Of a stretch of 64,000 bases of DNA, positions 11,026 to 24,700 are shown one piece after another. How positions within the stretch are numbered: the stretch's first letter is position 1; every line of letters starts with the position of its first letter. The stretch is taken from positions 205,098,001-205,162,000 of the forward strand of contig NC_058368.1 in NCBI RefSeq assembly GCF_018350175.1, read 5' to 3'. This DNA comes from Felis catus. Taxonomy: Eukaryota. Below the pieces are notes generated by a model. The model was not told where the DNA came from, ran no database searches, and saw only the letters and a program-made list of their open reading frames with translations. The translations under genes and the position numbers were made by a program.

Positions 11026-14000
11026 AAAGAAAACTCAAACTTTCTATATGATTTCTTTCTAAGCTCAAGCTCCCTCTTTGGAAAACCCAGGACTATGTGC
11101 TAAGGACTTTGAATTCAGTCAACAGTCAATGTCAATTAATCTATCCATCCATCCATCCCCCCATCCATCCACTTAGTGTTCCTCAAACTCTAAGGTGCTA
11201 GATAGTGACACGGTAAGGTTTGATATGTGAAAGGAGAGGAAATAAATCATTCCAACTCTATTTTGTTATTGTTTGTTTGTTTGTTCCTTACTTTAAGTCC
11301 TGGGTTTCATTTTATGGAAGGAATTGAGACAATGTGTCCCTTAAAGGAAGTAGCATGTATCCTTATCTATCCCTAAGAACTACTGGGGTACTCAAAGATA
11401 TTTGAAAGCATGAATAGGTGAACATATGTGTGAATGTACTTCAGAGAACAAAATGCTAGAAATTTCTCTATGATCTATGCCTTTTGAAGAGCTCCTGTCC
11501 AAAGTTTACTATGACTGACAAAACCAGGGACTTGAAGAATGGAATATTTCTCATTCCTCTTTTGTTCAGATTTTACTATGTTTGTGCAGTGGAGGACATT
11601 GGAGAGCAGAGAAAGAAGAGGAAAATGGAGGGAAGAATTGAGAAAACATTTTGGAATGTTGTATGCATGGTCAAAAGAGGTCAAAAGTTAAAGAACCCAG
11701 ATGGTGCATCAGAATGGCATTACTACTAGCTCTCTCAAGCCCTCCACCCCCACCCCCCACTTCAAACCCAAATCTCTTCTCTTAAGAATAATGAAAATGT
11801 TATACTGATGACATGGATGAATACTAATCCATGCGAAATATCAATTTTGTAAAGAAAATTTAGAAATAAAAATTATTCTATCCAAATTCCTCATTCCTGT
11901 GGCTAGTCAAACTTTCCCTAGATTTAAATAATAGCAAAGGAGAGAGCAATATTTATAGTTGACTTTGTCATTGTGGGAACACAAGCAACCTCAGCCTGAA
12001 GGATGCTGAGACTTCAGAGGCAAGCAGGCAAAGAAAGGAGCATATGTTAGGACAAGCTGGCATAAGAGAACTGGAGAGAAATGTAAACCAGGCTACTTGT
12101 GGTTGTCTTTGCAAAGGCATTTAGATTTTAAGTCGTTTTTTATTGCAGCTGGCATCCAATTACAGTGACGTGGCCATGGGAGCTTAAGGACCAAGCACTG
12201 CCACTTTATTTTTTTATTGTTGCCTATATGCTATAAAATGGGTGAGTTTAATGCCTAGATCTTTGAGTATATGATTTCTTCTGGAGGCATGATAATCTCA
12301 CATCCTTTCATAAATGCCATCTAGTCATCCTCATGTGGGCGCTCAGTGAAAGTCTATAACATTATAAGAAATGGAGTTAAATAAAATGCATTTGAATTTT
12401 AAAAGCTGCCCTTTATTGCCCATGAAATACCCAGAGGTCTCCTTTTAGCACAAGAAGTCTCTTTTACACTTATGGACAATGGTAGCTATTGCAGACCATT
12501 ATAGAGTTAAGTTAGCACTTAGGTAAAATTTGGTCATTTTATAAAATCCTAAGGAGTCTATGATGTTTCCGGTTGTCAGAAAAGGTTCTGAAAAGTTATC
12601 TATGCTGCTGACACCATGCACGTAAAATTAGGTCCTGAAATGTAGCTTGGACTCGTTGCAAACTGAAATCTTTTCAAAGGTGAAAACACAGGAAGAAGGG
12701 ATCAAATCAAAGAGTAACCAAATTTGACAACTGCCACAAAGAGAAAAATGGGGAAAGAAATGACACTTTGTGTTTGATCTTGATCATAACATGGAGAAGT
12801 TTCCTCCTAAAAAAAGTGGCTTGAATTCCCCCCTTTAATTGATTGGCAAATAGACAATGCTACACCTGTAAGCAGTCAGGTAATAAGAGCAATTAAAAAC
12901 CAACCCTTCCATTTAAATAAGACCTTATCAAAACTTGCTACCAGAACTTCCCTTTTGAAACAATTCTTTTCAAAGGTTAATTTCAACTGACAGTTGGATA
13001 TTTAGCATTCCTTTGTGGAAGTCATTTCAATTAAAAATAGGAATTTGTGCCTTGGGCCCAATTAACCGCCCTCCCCCCCCCCCCCCCACCTTTCTAAATT
13101 ACATCCATAGTAACAGGAACAACTCTTTCTACCATGGAACATATTTAACCTGGTGTCAAATCCTGGTATAAATCTAACATAGTAATTCCAAAATTTTTCT
13201 GAGCCTCCTCTTTGAGAATCTTATGAGAGCAAAAGTAAGAATTCATATTTACACAACAACTTGTCAAAAGTTCAGCAAGTTAAAAAAAAAACTTGAAGCC
13301 CTTCATAACTCAAATGAAAAATTCCTGAAATAGAGCCTTTGCACTAAAATGTCTAGATGCCCAGCTATACACATAAGCTATTGCTATTGAGTCAGTAGCA
13401 GATTCCTAAAAATGGAGTTGCAAAAGAGCTTAGCTATGTCTCATAAAATCTAAGATATTCCTGAAATCTGTTCAGTTTATTGTGCTCAAAGGAGTATCAA
13501 AATATTACACTGTTCCTTTGTTTTCATTTTTTTGTAATTTGAGGAACAACTTGTGTTCATTCTGATACTCCAGTGAACCCTTCATGACACAATGTTACTG
13601 AAGCCATATCAAATTTGGCAGGTTTAGAGCATGATGATAAATGAGGGATATCCTCTGGCTACCCAATGAGGGTGTGTGAATCAGCAACACTGTATCATAT
13701 GAACATTTGAGGTCACTGAACCCATCTTATAACCAAATCCAGGGATTCCCTCAAGAGTATTCCTTGACCTATAGTTTTCAAGCCTCTGCTGTGACACCCC
13801 AGTGAAGGAGAGTTTATTACTCCTCGAATGATTCATTGTATTTTGGCAGAGCAGAAAATATTAATAAAATTAATTAATAGTAATAAGGTAAATTTTATTC
13901 ATTCATGTTGAGCTGAAATCTTCCTCCTAACTTCCATCCTATAACCTCCACATGAAAATAAATGATGTATAATTTTCAAAAATACAAGATATGTTCTTTT

Positions 14001-14136
14001 GTGCTTGCTCCTTCTCTTTAAACTTCTCATAAAATTGTTTAATTTGCAATTACAGAATTCATTAAAGCAATGTTAGATATTGATCATAAGATCATCATAG
14101 CAATGCATCACAAAGCTAGAGAGGGATACATTTTGG

Positions 14137-14345
14137 TAACATGCATGATGCTTAGGAGCATAGCCCCTGGGTTAGACCACCGTGTTTTGAATCCTAGCTC
14201 TGCCCCTTACTAGCTGTGTATGCTCCGATGAGTTACTTAACCACTCTGTGCCTCAGTAAGATGGAGATTTTATTATCTACTTTACAGTGTTGGGAGGATC
14301 AAAAGAGCTATCTCTAAAATATCTAGAACAATGCCTTGCTTATAA
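14137..14345 (+). mobile_element. MIR SINE
   Basis: ttgaatcctagctctgccccttactagctgtgt..gagttacttaaccactctgtgcctcagt MIR core, followed by the 3' part. Confidence 0.85.
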
Positions 14346-16375
14346 AAATAATACTTTGGTTCACTGTGAAGAAAAATGTTAACAATCAGAAGAATATATT
14401 TCTTGGCACTAATAGAAATTTGAACAAAGACGAGACACCTGATTTTCAGGATTAAGTGTGCAGTCTTGCATCATGTACCAGTTTGAATTAAGACTGAATT
14501 AAGTCACCTGCTAAATTTAAGACCTCAATTTAATTATAACTAATCCAAGGCAAATTCATGGAAGATTAGGCCTTTACCACTTTCACTGTAATGCTTTAAA
14601 ATATGTAAGGATTGAGCCTTATATAGCTACAGTTCCATCTCATGTTTTAGGCATTCTTCATTTCCTTAGGTCTAATGCTTAAGCCACTTTGTATCATTCA
14701 GACAGTGAAAAGTACCCATTGATGGAAAGAGTGATTTGTGAAGCCAATGAAGAGGAACAATAACAATGCACATACTTAAGGAAGCTCATGGTGCCTTCAC
14801 ATAGGAATGGTAAATGGCCTTCATCTGCTTACACCAGAAGGCCTGGCAGATATGAAATTAAGTGCTGTGAAAAAAAAATAAATCTTTATTTCTTTAAGAA
14901 TACTCCATAATTCACCAACTTTGCCACTGAGTTTGGCTTTTTTTTCCTTCTGAGAACACAAAAGTAGCAATAACAACAATAATAAAAGGTATTCTTAACT
15001 GTCCTCCTTTTTTCCATACAGTTTTGGCAGAACTTGTGAACATCCTCTTTCAACAACTTGTCTAGAGCTCTCAACACTTCCAAGTAATTTAACACTCCAC
15101 ACGGAGCCTTTGTGTCATCAGGCTTATTTCTTGCCCTTGTAGCTGCATTTCCAAATAATTCAATCCCATTCACTGGCTTCCACAGGTGGCCTCTGGTTTC
15201 TCAGGACTAGATAGAAATAGGCCCCCATGGGATAATGAAGTCTTCCACGGCTGGCCGCAAGTTTGCCTTTTAACACCGAACTCTTAAGACTCCAAAATAT
15301 TCATCATTTGTCACAGCAGATAGTCTGCAGGAGATACTTGGCTTTATAATCGGCAAAACAGGTAATTGTAGTGCAAGAAGGAGTTATGGTCTGAGGTTGG
15401 GCATGCGGTTTATTTTCCATTTGTTACTGGGAGTTGAGTGAGCACCTGAATAGGAATGAAAAAGTCCTGCTGCTTTTTTATTGAATCACGGTAGCAAGGT
15501 CTTCTAGGTAAGGCTATTATAAATTGGGAAGTTATTCTTAATTTTCTATGGCTTATTTTCTTCTCTCATGACTGCCAAGACAGAACTTTGGAAATTGTAA
15601 GTTATGTGAATATCATTAGAGAAGATACAAATGATGGAGATTTCAGCACAATCCCTGTTCTTAGAAACCAGAGAGAAGGGCAATCTGCCCCAAGCCAAAT
15701 CTGTTTCTACACAAAATGGGGTTCACCTGAAATCTCATTCCAAATGCTTACAATCAGCAGTGCAAGAGGACATGCTTGTGGTTCCCACAGCTTTGTCCCT
15801 TTAGGATCATTCTGCAATTTGTATTCACCAAAGGCACTCCTGGGCAATACATAGGGGACTGTTTTTTTAACAATGCCAAGGTTAATAAAGCCAAGATTAA
15901 AGGTTACGAAAATGTAACACTGAAAGTTGAAAAGCCACACACAACCTAAGATCCCTGGTCTGAGGAAGCATCATGGCTCAGTGAGTCTATTTATTAACCC
16001 AGCTTTATGTTTTGGTTTGTCTTCAAAGCTAGAATGGAGCTCCAAGCAAGAAAAATAACCACATATTTGGTTGCTCCAAGCAACCAAATAATGCCCAGTT
16101 ATTTTCTTGATTCCTATTATTTCTTCTTCTGTCACTTGTTCATGCCTTTTGTCTTTATACTGCTGGTCTGTCCCTGGGTTCAAGTGAAGATTATGAAATA
16201 ACAGAATTTCCCCCGTGAAAATCCCCCAAACAAGTTTAAGAAAATATTCAGAAGATAAATAAGTCATATTCTGAAAATTGGTTGGTTAGAACTGAGAAAA
16301 TAATTCATTTAGAGAAATAATGCTGTGATGGTTGGTTGGTCAGCAGCTAGCCCAATCCACAAAAGCCACTTTAGT

Positions 16376-16560
16376 AATTCATTCCACTAATAACTGTTTA
16401 TTGAGTATTTGCAATGGGTCAGGCACTATGCTGAGCACTGAGAATACTATAATGAAGGAACAACTTCCTCTGTCCTGCAATTGTTTACAGCTTTCCCAGG
16501 AGACAACAAGTATCAGACAATTGAGAGATAGTAAGATAAATTGTATTTCAGAGACAGATT
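16376..16560 (-). mobile_element. L2 3' end
   Basis: ttcattc..tttattgagtatttgcaatgggtcaggcactatgctgagcactg is the typical reverse-complement L2 tail. Confidence 0.75.
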
Positions 16561-16616
16561 AAAAGTCTGGATTTTCTTTTCTTACTTTTATGATATGATT
16601 AATAAAAGTGAGTCTT

Positions 16617-16832
16617 GGAGCACCTGGTTGGCTCAGTTGGTTGAGCGGATGACTTTGGCTCAGGTCATGAGCTCACAGTTCATGAGTTTGAGCCCCGCAT
16701 TGGGCTCTGTGCTGCACAGCTTGGAGCCTGAGCCTGCTTTGGATTCTGTGTCTCCCTCTCTCTCTCTCTCTGCCCTTCTCCCGCTCACACTCTGTGTTTC
16801 TCTCTCTCTCTAAAATAAAATAAACATCAAAA
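16617..16832 (+). mobile_element. Can-SINE with TSD
   Basis: tRNA-like head, (CT)n, A tail. TSD AAAAGTGAGTCTT (16604-16616, 16833-16845). Confidence 0.95.
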
Positions 16833-16849
16833 AAAAGTGAGTCTTCATT

Positions 16850-17870
16850 TCCTGACCCAATTTCATTGTTTTCTAGAGAAAATGGAAAACACACTTGTGA
16901 GGACTGTTAACTTCTGCTGGTTACCTTTAAGAATCATGGAGAACGCAAAAATTAGAAGACTCAAGATAGGGAAATATCTTCATATTATCAAAAAAGACTA
17001 AGCTGCAATTTCCATAAAATATTAACTAGTAGATGTGATGTCAATCTCAAGTAAGCTTTTAGGAAACATTAATGAAGAAATAGTTTGTAAGCACCTAGAA
17101 GTGAAAGCAGAGATTACTAGTTTCAAAAAGCAGTGAAATTCTATATTAAGAAGATTTTTTGATAAACAGAGCAGAGAAAGGCACTTGATGGAAATCTAAA
17201 TTTTACCAAGATACTTGACAAAATACATCATTATAACACTATGCATAAATAAAAGTTGGAGTAATATGGTTCTCTTGAGATACAATTCATCCAATTGAAT
17301 CCTTTTCTTTTTTTTTTCTTTTTCAAAAAAATCAAAGTATCTAAGTTTGCAACAGGGTTCTGTCCTAGCCAATATTTATCATGACTTGGAGAAGATACAG
17401 AAGGTATTGTAATGGGACTGAGGTTCACACAGAGAGTCGTGACACTGAGGCTTTTCTTTCCAGGAAGCAACTTTATTTGTGCTGGCATGGGCTCAGTGGG
17501 TTTGTACCTGAAAAACACCCCCAGCACAGTGAGGTGTATGTAGCCTTTTATAAATTTTCTTCTTCTTTATCTCCCATACATGATAACCTACAGACATACA
17601 ATCTGATTGGGTGGTCTCATGTTACAGGGTCATGAGGGATGTCACATATGCACACATAGCCAGGTTGCCTTCCCTTATCTTGAGGGATTTTTTCTCACCA
17701 CATTCTTTAGGAAGGGGACTCTACCACAGTATGTTCATCCAATTTGAGGATAAAGAAAATAAAATCTGGAGGAATAAAGAGTGTTGAGTAGCAGACTCAG
17801 AAACTCCAACAATTTTCACAGGCTATAAGGAAACAGACAAACCAAAGCTATTAGAATGAAGATGACAAAT
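16850..17870 (+). mobile_element. L3/CR1 LINE, 5' part (RT region), interrupted by an LTR
   Basis: CR1 motifs gtttgtaagcacctagaa, cagggttctgtccta..aatatttatcatgacttgga, atgttcatccaatttgaggat. Confidence 0.7.
17408..17728 (-). mobile_element. Short solo LTR with 4-bp TSD (ERV1-like, probably carnivore-specific)
   Basis: TGTAATGG...CTACCACA termini, TSD GTAT (17404-17407, 17729-17732), AATAAA on the minus strand (~17472-17477). Confidence 0.8.
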
Positions 17871-18347
17871 AAAATGATCTAGCATCAAATAATATTACCC
17901 TAAAAGTAGAAGCTTTAAAAAGTGTAAAAAGAAATATATGTAGAGCTGAAGTATATAATTCATTTCAATTTTTCTTGAAATGAGGAGCTAAATTTTTCTT
18001 TACATTATGTGTCAGGAAAAACTGAAACAGAAACTTGGACACTAAAACACATTCTAATTACTGAATGTCATGGGTAATTTCAACAGAAAGTTAGACATCA
18101 AGACATATTCTAGTTTTAAACTTCAAAAAAGGTCACCTTCAAGTGGGAAGAATCAGGCTGTCTCAGTTTTCTCTCTAGTGATACTCAATTCTCAAAGATA
18201 AAGGAACTTGTCTCCAAATTTGAGGAAAAGAAGGTGACCCAAGAATTTTTTTCCAGCCAAGTTGTTGGCTGGAAACTTTATTCTCTGACATAAAAGATAT
18301 CAAGAAAATTCACACCTGTAAGTTCTTCTTCAAAACAAAATCTAACT

Positions 18348-18548
18348 GAGGCACCTGGATGGCTAAGTCAGTTGAGCATCCGACTCTTGATTTCAACTCA
18401 GGTCACGATCCCAGGGTCATGTGATTGAGCCCCATGTCAGGCTCCATGCTCAGCATGGAGGTTAAGATTCTTTCTCTCTCTCTCTCTCTGCCTCTCTCTC
18501 TGTTTAAATTAAAATTTAAATACAAATTTTTTTTTAAAAAAAGGAAAG
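18348..18548 (+). mobile_element. Can-SINE with TSD
   Basis: GAGGCACCTGGATGGCTAAGTCAG head, (CT)n, A tail. TSD AAAATCTAAC. Confidence 0.9.
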
Positions 18549-18837
18549 AAAATCTAACCAACTAGAGGATAATTCAAAATTAACAAAATATTAAGAATAT
18601 ATGGAGGAAGGACTGAGAGTGAGCATTGAACTCATTTAAACATAAAATTGGTGGTTGAAAAATAGAATATAAATATTATAAAATCTAAACTTACAAAAAT
18701 AAAATAATTTGGGACTAGGGAGAAGATACCTAATTATAAGTTGGAGAATACATAATCTTTTTTTATTTTTAAAATACTTTAGATCTATTTTAATTTGTTT
18801 GGGGTTTTTGTATTTTATTTCTGCTGACCCTTAAAAT

Positions 18838-19150
18838 TTTATTTATTTATTTTTGTTTTTCTTGAATTATAATTAACATACAGTGTTATATTAGCTTCAG
18901 GTATACCATATAATGATTTAGCAATTCTATACATTGCTCATTTTTCATCACTATAAGTTTACTCTTAATCTCCTTTATCTATTTTACCCATCCCTTTATC
19001 TACCTCCTCTCTGATAACCCTCAGTTCGTTCTATTTAAGAGTCATTTTTATATGTTTGGCTATTTTTAATCTGTTCGTTTGTTTTGTCTCTTAAATTCCA
19101 CATGTGAGTGAAATCATATGGTATTTGTCTTTCTCTGACTTATCCTCACT
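18838..19150 (-). mobile_element. Carnivore L1 3' end (5'-truncated)
   Basis: T-rich tail, then aattaacatacagtgttatattag..ttaaattccacatgtgagtgaaatcatatgg. Confidence 0.85.
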
Positions 19151-19151
19151 T

Positions 19152-19550
19152 TTTAGTTTTTGTTTTTAATTAATGAGATTTTTAAAAAGAGTAATTTTAG
19201 GTTCACAGAAAAATTGAGCCAAAAGTACATAGTATTTGCATATGCCCCTCTTCCTAACCACACAGTTTCCCTTATTTTAACATCTTGTATCACTGTGGTC
19301 CATTTGTTACAATTTATGAGCCAATACTGATAGATTATTATTAACCAGAGCCCATAATTTACCTTAGGGTTCACTCTTGGGTGAATATTCTGTGAGTTTG
19401 AACACATGTATAATGAAATGCATCCACCATTTAGTATCATATACAATTGTTTCATTTGTGCTCTATCTATTCATCATTCTTTCCTTCCCCCAGAACTCCT
19501 ATCCCTTAGTAACACTGATAATTTTACTGATCCATAGTTTTGCCTTTTCA
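19152..19550 (-). mobile_element. L1MC-like 3' end
   Basis: ttttaggttcacagaaaaattgagc..ttgttacaat..tagggttcactcttgg motif. Confidence 0.75.
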
Positions 19551-19779
19551 CATAATAATTTAATTATCAATTTAATAGATACTGTCTAAAATGAAATGTA
19601 CTAAAAAATTCATATGGCTTCCATCCCCAAGTTTTCACTTCCTTTTAACTTTAGAAAAGACATCATGTATAAAGAGATATTTGAAATTTATAATTAACTT
19701 CAATTTTAATTCTTCTCCTTTTTAAAGTTTAATAAAAAATACTTTTATACTGATAACTTTAAAAGAGTATATATAGGGT

Positions 19780-20320
19780 AGATATATACTATGGAATATT
19801 ACACAGCCGTAAAAAAGGACGAGATCTTGCTATTTGCAACAACATGGATGAATCTAGACAGTATTATGCTAAGTGCCATAAGTCAGACTGAGAAAGACAA
19901 ATAACATATGATTTAATTTATATGTGGAATCTAAAAACAAATTTAATTTATACATGGAATCCAAAAACAAAACAAATGAATAAGCAAACAAACAAAAAGC
20001 AGAATCAGACTGATAAATACACAGAACAAACTGATAGTTGCCTGAGGGAAGGTAGTGGGAGAATGGACAAATGGGTGAAGGAGAATGAGAGATACAGTCT
20101 TCCAGTTATGGAATGAAGAAGTCACAGGGATAAAAGTCACAGCATATGGAATACAGTCAATGATATTGTAGCAGCATTATATGGTGACAGATGAGAGCTA
20201 CACTTGTAATGAGCATAACACAATGTATACAGAAGTTGAATCACCATATCGTACACCTGACACCAATGCAACATTGTGTGTCAACTACATTCAAATAAAA
20301 ATAATTTAAAAAATAAAATA
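19780..20320 (+). mobile_element. L1 3' end (5'-truncated)
   Basis: atggaatattacacagcc..gcaacaacatggatg..gtcaactacattcaaataaaaa tail. Contains a ~30-bp tandem duplication at about 19911-19970. Confidence 0.85.
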
Positions 20321-20928
20321 ACATGCATAGTATAATTATATTTGTATTAGTTTTTTTCTGAATATATCTGTCCATTGACCCAACTGCACATATACATAGA
20401 GATAGATTTGGAATCATGTTCAATGACTATCATAAGGTTATTCCAAGGTATTGAAATTTTAGACAATTTGTAGGGTTTTTTTCAGGAGATTTATAGCTGC
20501 AGGTTGTTTTGCTGTTTTTCTTTCTTTATTTTTTAATTCATGTTAGTTAACATACAGTATAGTATTGGTTTCTGGAGTAGAACCCAGTGATTCATCACTT
20601 ACATATAACACCTAGTGCTCATCCCAGCAAGTGCACTCCTTGATGCCCATCACCCATTTAGCCCATCCTCTGCCCAATGTCCCCTCAAGCAATGCTCAGT
20701 ATGTTCTCTGTATTTAAGAGTCTCTTATGGTTTGCCTCCCTCTCTGTTTTTATCTTATTTGTCCTTCCCTTCTCCTATGTTCATCTGTTTCTTAAATTCC
20801 ACATATGAATGAAATCATATATTTGTCTTTCTCTGACTGACTTAATTTGCTTAGCATAATATACTCTAGTTCCACCCACGTTGTGGCAAATGGCAAGATT
20901 TTATTCTTTTTGATCACCAAGTAATATT

Positions 20929-20931
<3 letters not shown>

Positions 20932-21022
<91 letters not shown>
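20932..21022. repeat. (TG)n(TA)n compound microsatellite inside the L1 3' region
   Basis: Directly visible. Confidence 0.95.
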
Positions 21023-21023
<1 letters not shown>

Positions 21024-21567
21024 CACATCTGTTTAATCCATTCATCAGTTGAGGACATTTGGCTCTTTCCATACTTTGACTATTTCTGATACTGCTGCTA
21101 TAAACATTGGGGTTCATGTGCCCCTTTGAAGCAGCATTTTTGTATCCTTTGGATAAATACCTAGTAGTGCAATTGCTGGGTCATAGGGTAGTTCAATTTT
21201 AAATTTTTTGAGGAACCTCCACAGTGTTTTACAGAGTGGCTGCACCAGTTTGCATTCCCACCAACGGTGCAAAAGTATACCCTTTCTCCACATCCTCACC
21301 AACATCTAGTGTTTCCTGAATTGTTAATTTTAGCCATTCTGACAGGTGTGAGGTATAAGGTATCTCATATGGTTTTGATTAATATTGCCCTGATGATGAG
21401 TGATATTGAGCATCTTTTCATGTGTCTATTAGCCATCTGGATGTTTTCTTTGAAAAAGTGTCTATTCTGGTCTTTTGCCCATTTCTTCACTGGATTATTT
21501 GGTTTTTAGGTGTCAAGTTTCATAAGTACTTTATAGATTTTGGATAGTTGAGTTTGATAAGTACTTT

Positions 21568-21777
21568 TTTTTTTCAACGTTTATTTATTTTGGGGACAGA
21601 GAGAGACAGAGCATGAACGGGGGAGGGGCAGAGAGAGAGGGAGACACAGAATCGGAAACAGGCTCCAGGCTCTGAGCCATCAGCCCAGAGCCTGACGCGG
21701 GGCTCGAACTCACAGACCGCGAGATCGCGACCTGGCTGAAGTCGGACGCTTAACCGACTGCGCCACCCAGGCGCCCC
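21568..21777 (-). mobile_element. Young felid SINEC_Fc inserted in L1
   Basis: Near-consensus, CpGs retained. TSD TGATAAGTACTTT (21555-21567, 21778-21790). Confidence 0.97.
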
Positions 21778-24700
21778 TGATAAGTACTTTGTAGATTTTG
21801 GATACTAACCCTTTACCTGATATGTCAATTGCAAATATCTTCTCCCATTCTATAGGCTGCCTTTTAGTTTTGTTGATTATTTCTTTCACTGTGCAGAAAA
21901 TTTTTATCTTGATGAGGTCCAATTGTTCATTTTTGCTTTTGTTTCCCTTGCCTCTGGGGACATGTCAAATAAGAAGTTGCTGTGGCTAAGGTCAAAGAGT
22001 TTACTGCCTGTTTTCTCCTCTAGGATTTTAATGATTTTCTATCTCCCATTTAGGTCTTTCATCCATTTTGAATTTATTTTTGTGTATGGTGTAAGAAAGC
22101 GTCTAGTTTCATTCTGCTACATGTCACTGTCCAGTTTCCCAGCACCATATGCTGAAAAGACCATCTTTCCATCTTTGGATATTCTTTCCTGTTTTGTTGA
22201 ATATTAGTTGGCCATATATTTTTGGGTCCATTTCTGTGTTCTCTATTCTGTTCCATCGATCTATGTCTGTTTTTGTGCCAGTACCATAGTGTCTTGATGA
22301 TTACAACTTTGTAATACAGATTGAAGTCAAGAATTGTGATCCCTCCAGCTTTGGTTTTCTTTTTCAACATTACTTTGGCTATTTGGGGTCTTTTCTGTTC
22401 TATACAAATTTTAGATTTCTTTGTTCCAGCTCTGTGAAGAATGCGTTATTATTTTGATAGGGATTGCATTAAATGTGTACATTGCTTTAGGTACTATAGA
22501 CATTTTTACAACATTTGTTCTTTCAATCCATGAACATGGAATGGTTTTCCCTTTTTTGTGTGTATTTTTCCATTTCTTTCATAAGCTTTATATAGTTTTC
22601 AGCATACAGATCTTTTACCTGTTTGGTTAGGTTATTCCTAGGTATCTTATGGTTTTTGGTCGATTGTAAATGGGATAGATTCCTTGATTTTTCTTTCTGC
22701 TACTTCATTTTTGGTGTATAGAAATGCAACAGATTTATGTAGATTGGTTTTATATCCTGTGATTTTGCTGAATTCATGTATCAGTTCTAGCAGTTTTTTG
22801 GTGGAGTCTTTCAGGTTTTCCACATACAGTATTACGTCATCTGTGAAGAGTGAAAGTTTAAAGTCTTCCTTGCCACTTCGTATTTCTTTTATTTCTTTTG
22901 TTATGTTATTGCTGAGGCTATGACTTCCAGTACTATGTTGAACAAACAGTGGTGAGAGTGGACATCCCTGTAGTATTCCTGGCCTTAGGGGGAAAGTTCT
23001 CAGTTTTTCCCCATTAAGGGTGAGATTAGCTGTAGGTCTTTCTTATATGGCCTTTATGATGTTGAGGTATGTTCCTTCCACCCTTTCTTGAGGGTTTTTA
23101 TCAAGGAAGGAAACTGTATTTTGTCAAATGTTTTTTCTGCATCTATTGAGAGGATCATATGGTTTCTACCCTTTCTTTTATTAATGTGGTGTGTCACGTT
23201 GATTGATTTGAGAATACTGAATCAGCCCTACAGCCTAGGAATAAATCCAACTTGATTATAATGAATAATTCTTTTAGTGAACTGTTGAATTTCATCTGCT
23301 AGTATCTTGTTGAGGATTTTTGCAACCAGTTTCATCAGGGATATTGTCCTGTAATTCTCCTTTTTAGTTGGGCCTTTTCTGGTTTTGGAATCAAGGTAAT
23401 ATTGGCTTCATAGAAGGAGTTTGGAAGCTCTCCTTCCATTTCTATTTTTTGGAACAGTTTGAGAAGAATAGGTATTATCTATCCTTTAAATATCTGGTAG
23501 AATTCCCCTGGGAAGCTATCTGGCCCAGGGCTCTTGTATGTTGGGAGATTTTTGATAACTGATTCAATTTCTTTGCTGGTTTTGAGTGCGTTCAAATTTT
23601 CTATTTCTTCCTGTTTCAGTTTTGGTAGTGTGTGTGAGTTTGTAGAAATTTGTCCATTTCTTCCAGATTGCCCAGCTTGTTGGCATATAAGTTTTCATAG
23701 TAATTTCTTATAATTGTTTGTATTTTTGTGGTGTTGGTTGTGATCTTTCCTCTTTCATTCATGATTTTATCTATTTGGGTCTTCTCACTTTTCTTTTTGG
23801 GAAGTCTGGCTAAGGGTTTATCAATTTTTTTTCATTCTTTCAAAGAACTAATATTTAATTTCATTGATCTGTTTTACTGGGGTTTTTCATTTCTCTATTG
23901 TTTATTTCTGCTCTAATCTTTATTACTTTCCTCCTTCTGCTGTCTTTAGGCTTTATTTGCTGCTCCTTCTCTAGCTTCTTTAAGTGTAAGGTTAGGTTGT
24001 GTATTTTAGACTTCTCTTGTTTCTTGAGGTATGCCTGAATTGCAATGTACTTTCCTCCTAGGGCTGCCTTTGCTGCATCCCAAAGGGTTTGGACTGTTAT
24101 GTTTTCATTTGCTTCCAACTATGTTTTTATTTCTTCTTTAATTTCATGGTTAACCGATTCCTTCTTTAGTAGGATGTTCTTTAACCTCCACATATTTGAG
24201 GGCTTTCCAATTTTTTTTCTGTGGTTGATTTCAAGTTTCATAGCATTGTGATCTGAAAATATGCATGGTATGATCCCAATCTTTTTGTATCTGTTGAGGG
24301 CTGATTTGTGACCCAGTATGTGATCTATTCTGGAGACTTTTCCATGTGTACTCGAGAAGAATGTGTATTCTGCTGCTTTAGGATAAAATGTTCTGAATAT
24401 ATGTTAAGTCCATCTGGTCCAGTGTGTCATTCAAAGCCATTGTTTCCTTGTTGATTTTCTGCTTAGATGCTCTGTTCATTGTTGTAAGTGGGGTGTTAAA
24501 GTCTCTCCTATTATGCTATTATTATCAGTGTCTTCATGTTTGTGATTGTTTTATATATTTGGTTGTTCTGCATTGGAGGTATAAATATTTACAACTGTTA
24601 GATCTTCTTGATGGATTGACCCCTTAATTATGATATAATGTTCTTCTTCTTCTCTTATTATAGTGTTTGTTTTAAAATCTAGTTTGTCTGATATAAGTTA

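Larger units (their letters stand above)
17880..20509 (+). mobile_element. Old L1M/HAL1-like element (ORF1-end-like plus 3' end), fragmented by younger inserts; tail continues at 27595-27660
   Basis: ORF1-like motifs (aatcaggctgtctcagttttctc, acccaagaatttttt.ccagccaag). No recognisable ORF2. A-rich 3' end after the L1 TSD. Confidence 0.45.

Noticed and set aside
14886..15173. 95-aa minus-strand ORF that reads somewhat protein-like (VLNYLEVLRALDKLLKEDVHKFCQNCMEK)
   Set aside because: GTG start, no convincing splice acceptor or donor, runs into low-complexity sequence, and I recognise no protein family.
18838..20320. Opposed L1 3' fragments as a twin-primed inversion
   Set aside because: Each has its own distinct 3' terminus and tail and they are separated by other elements, so they are independent insertions.
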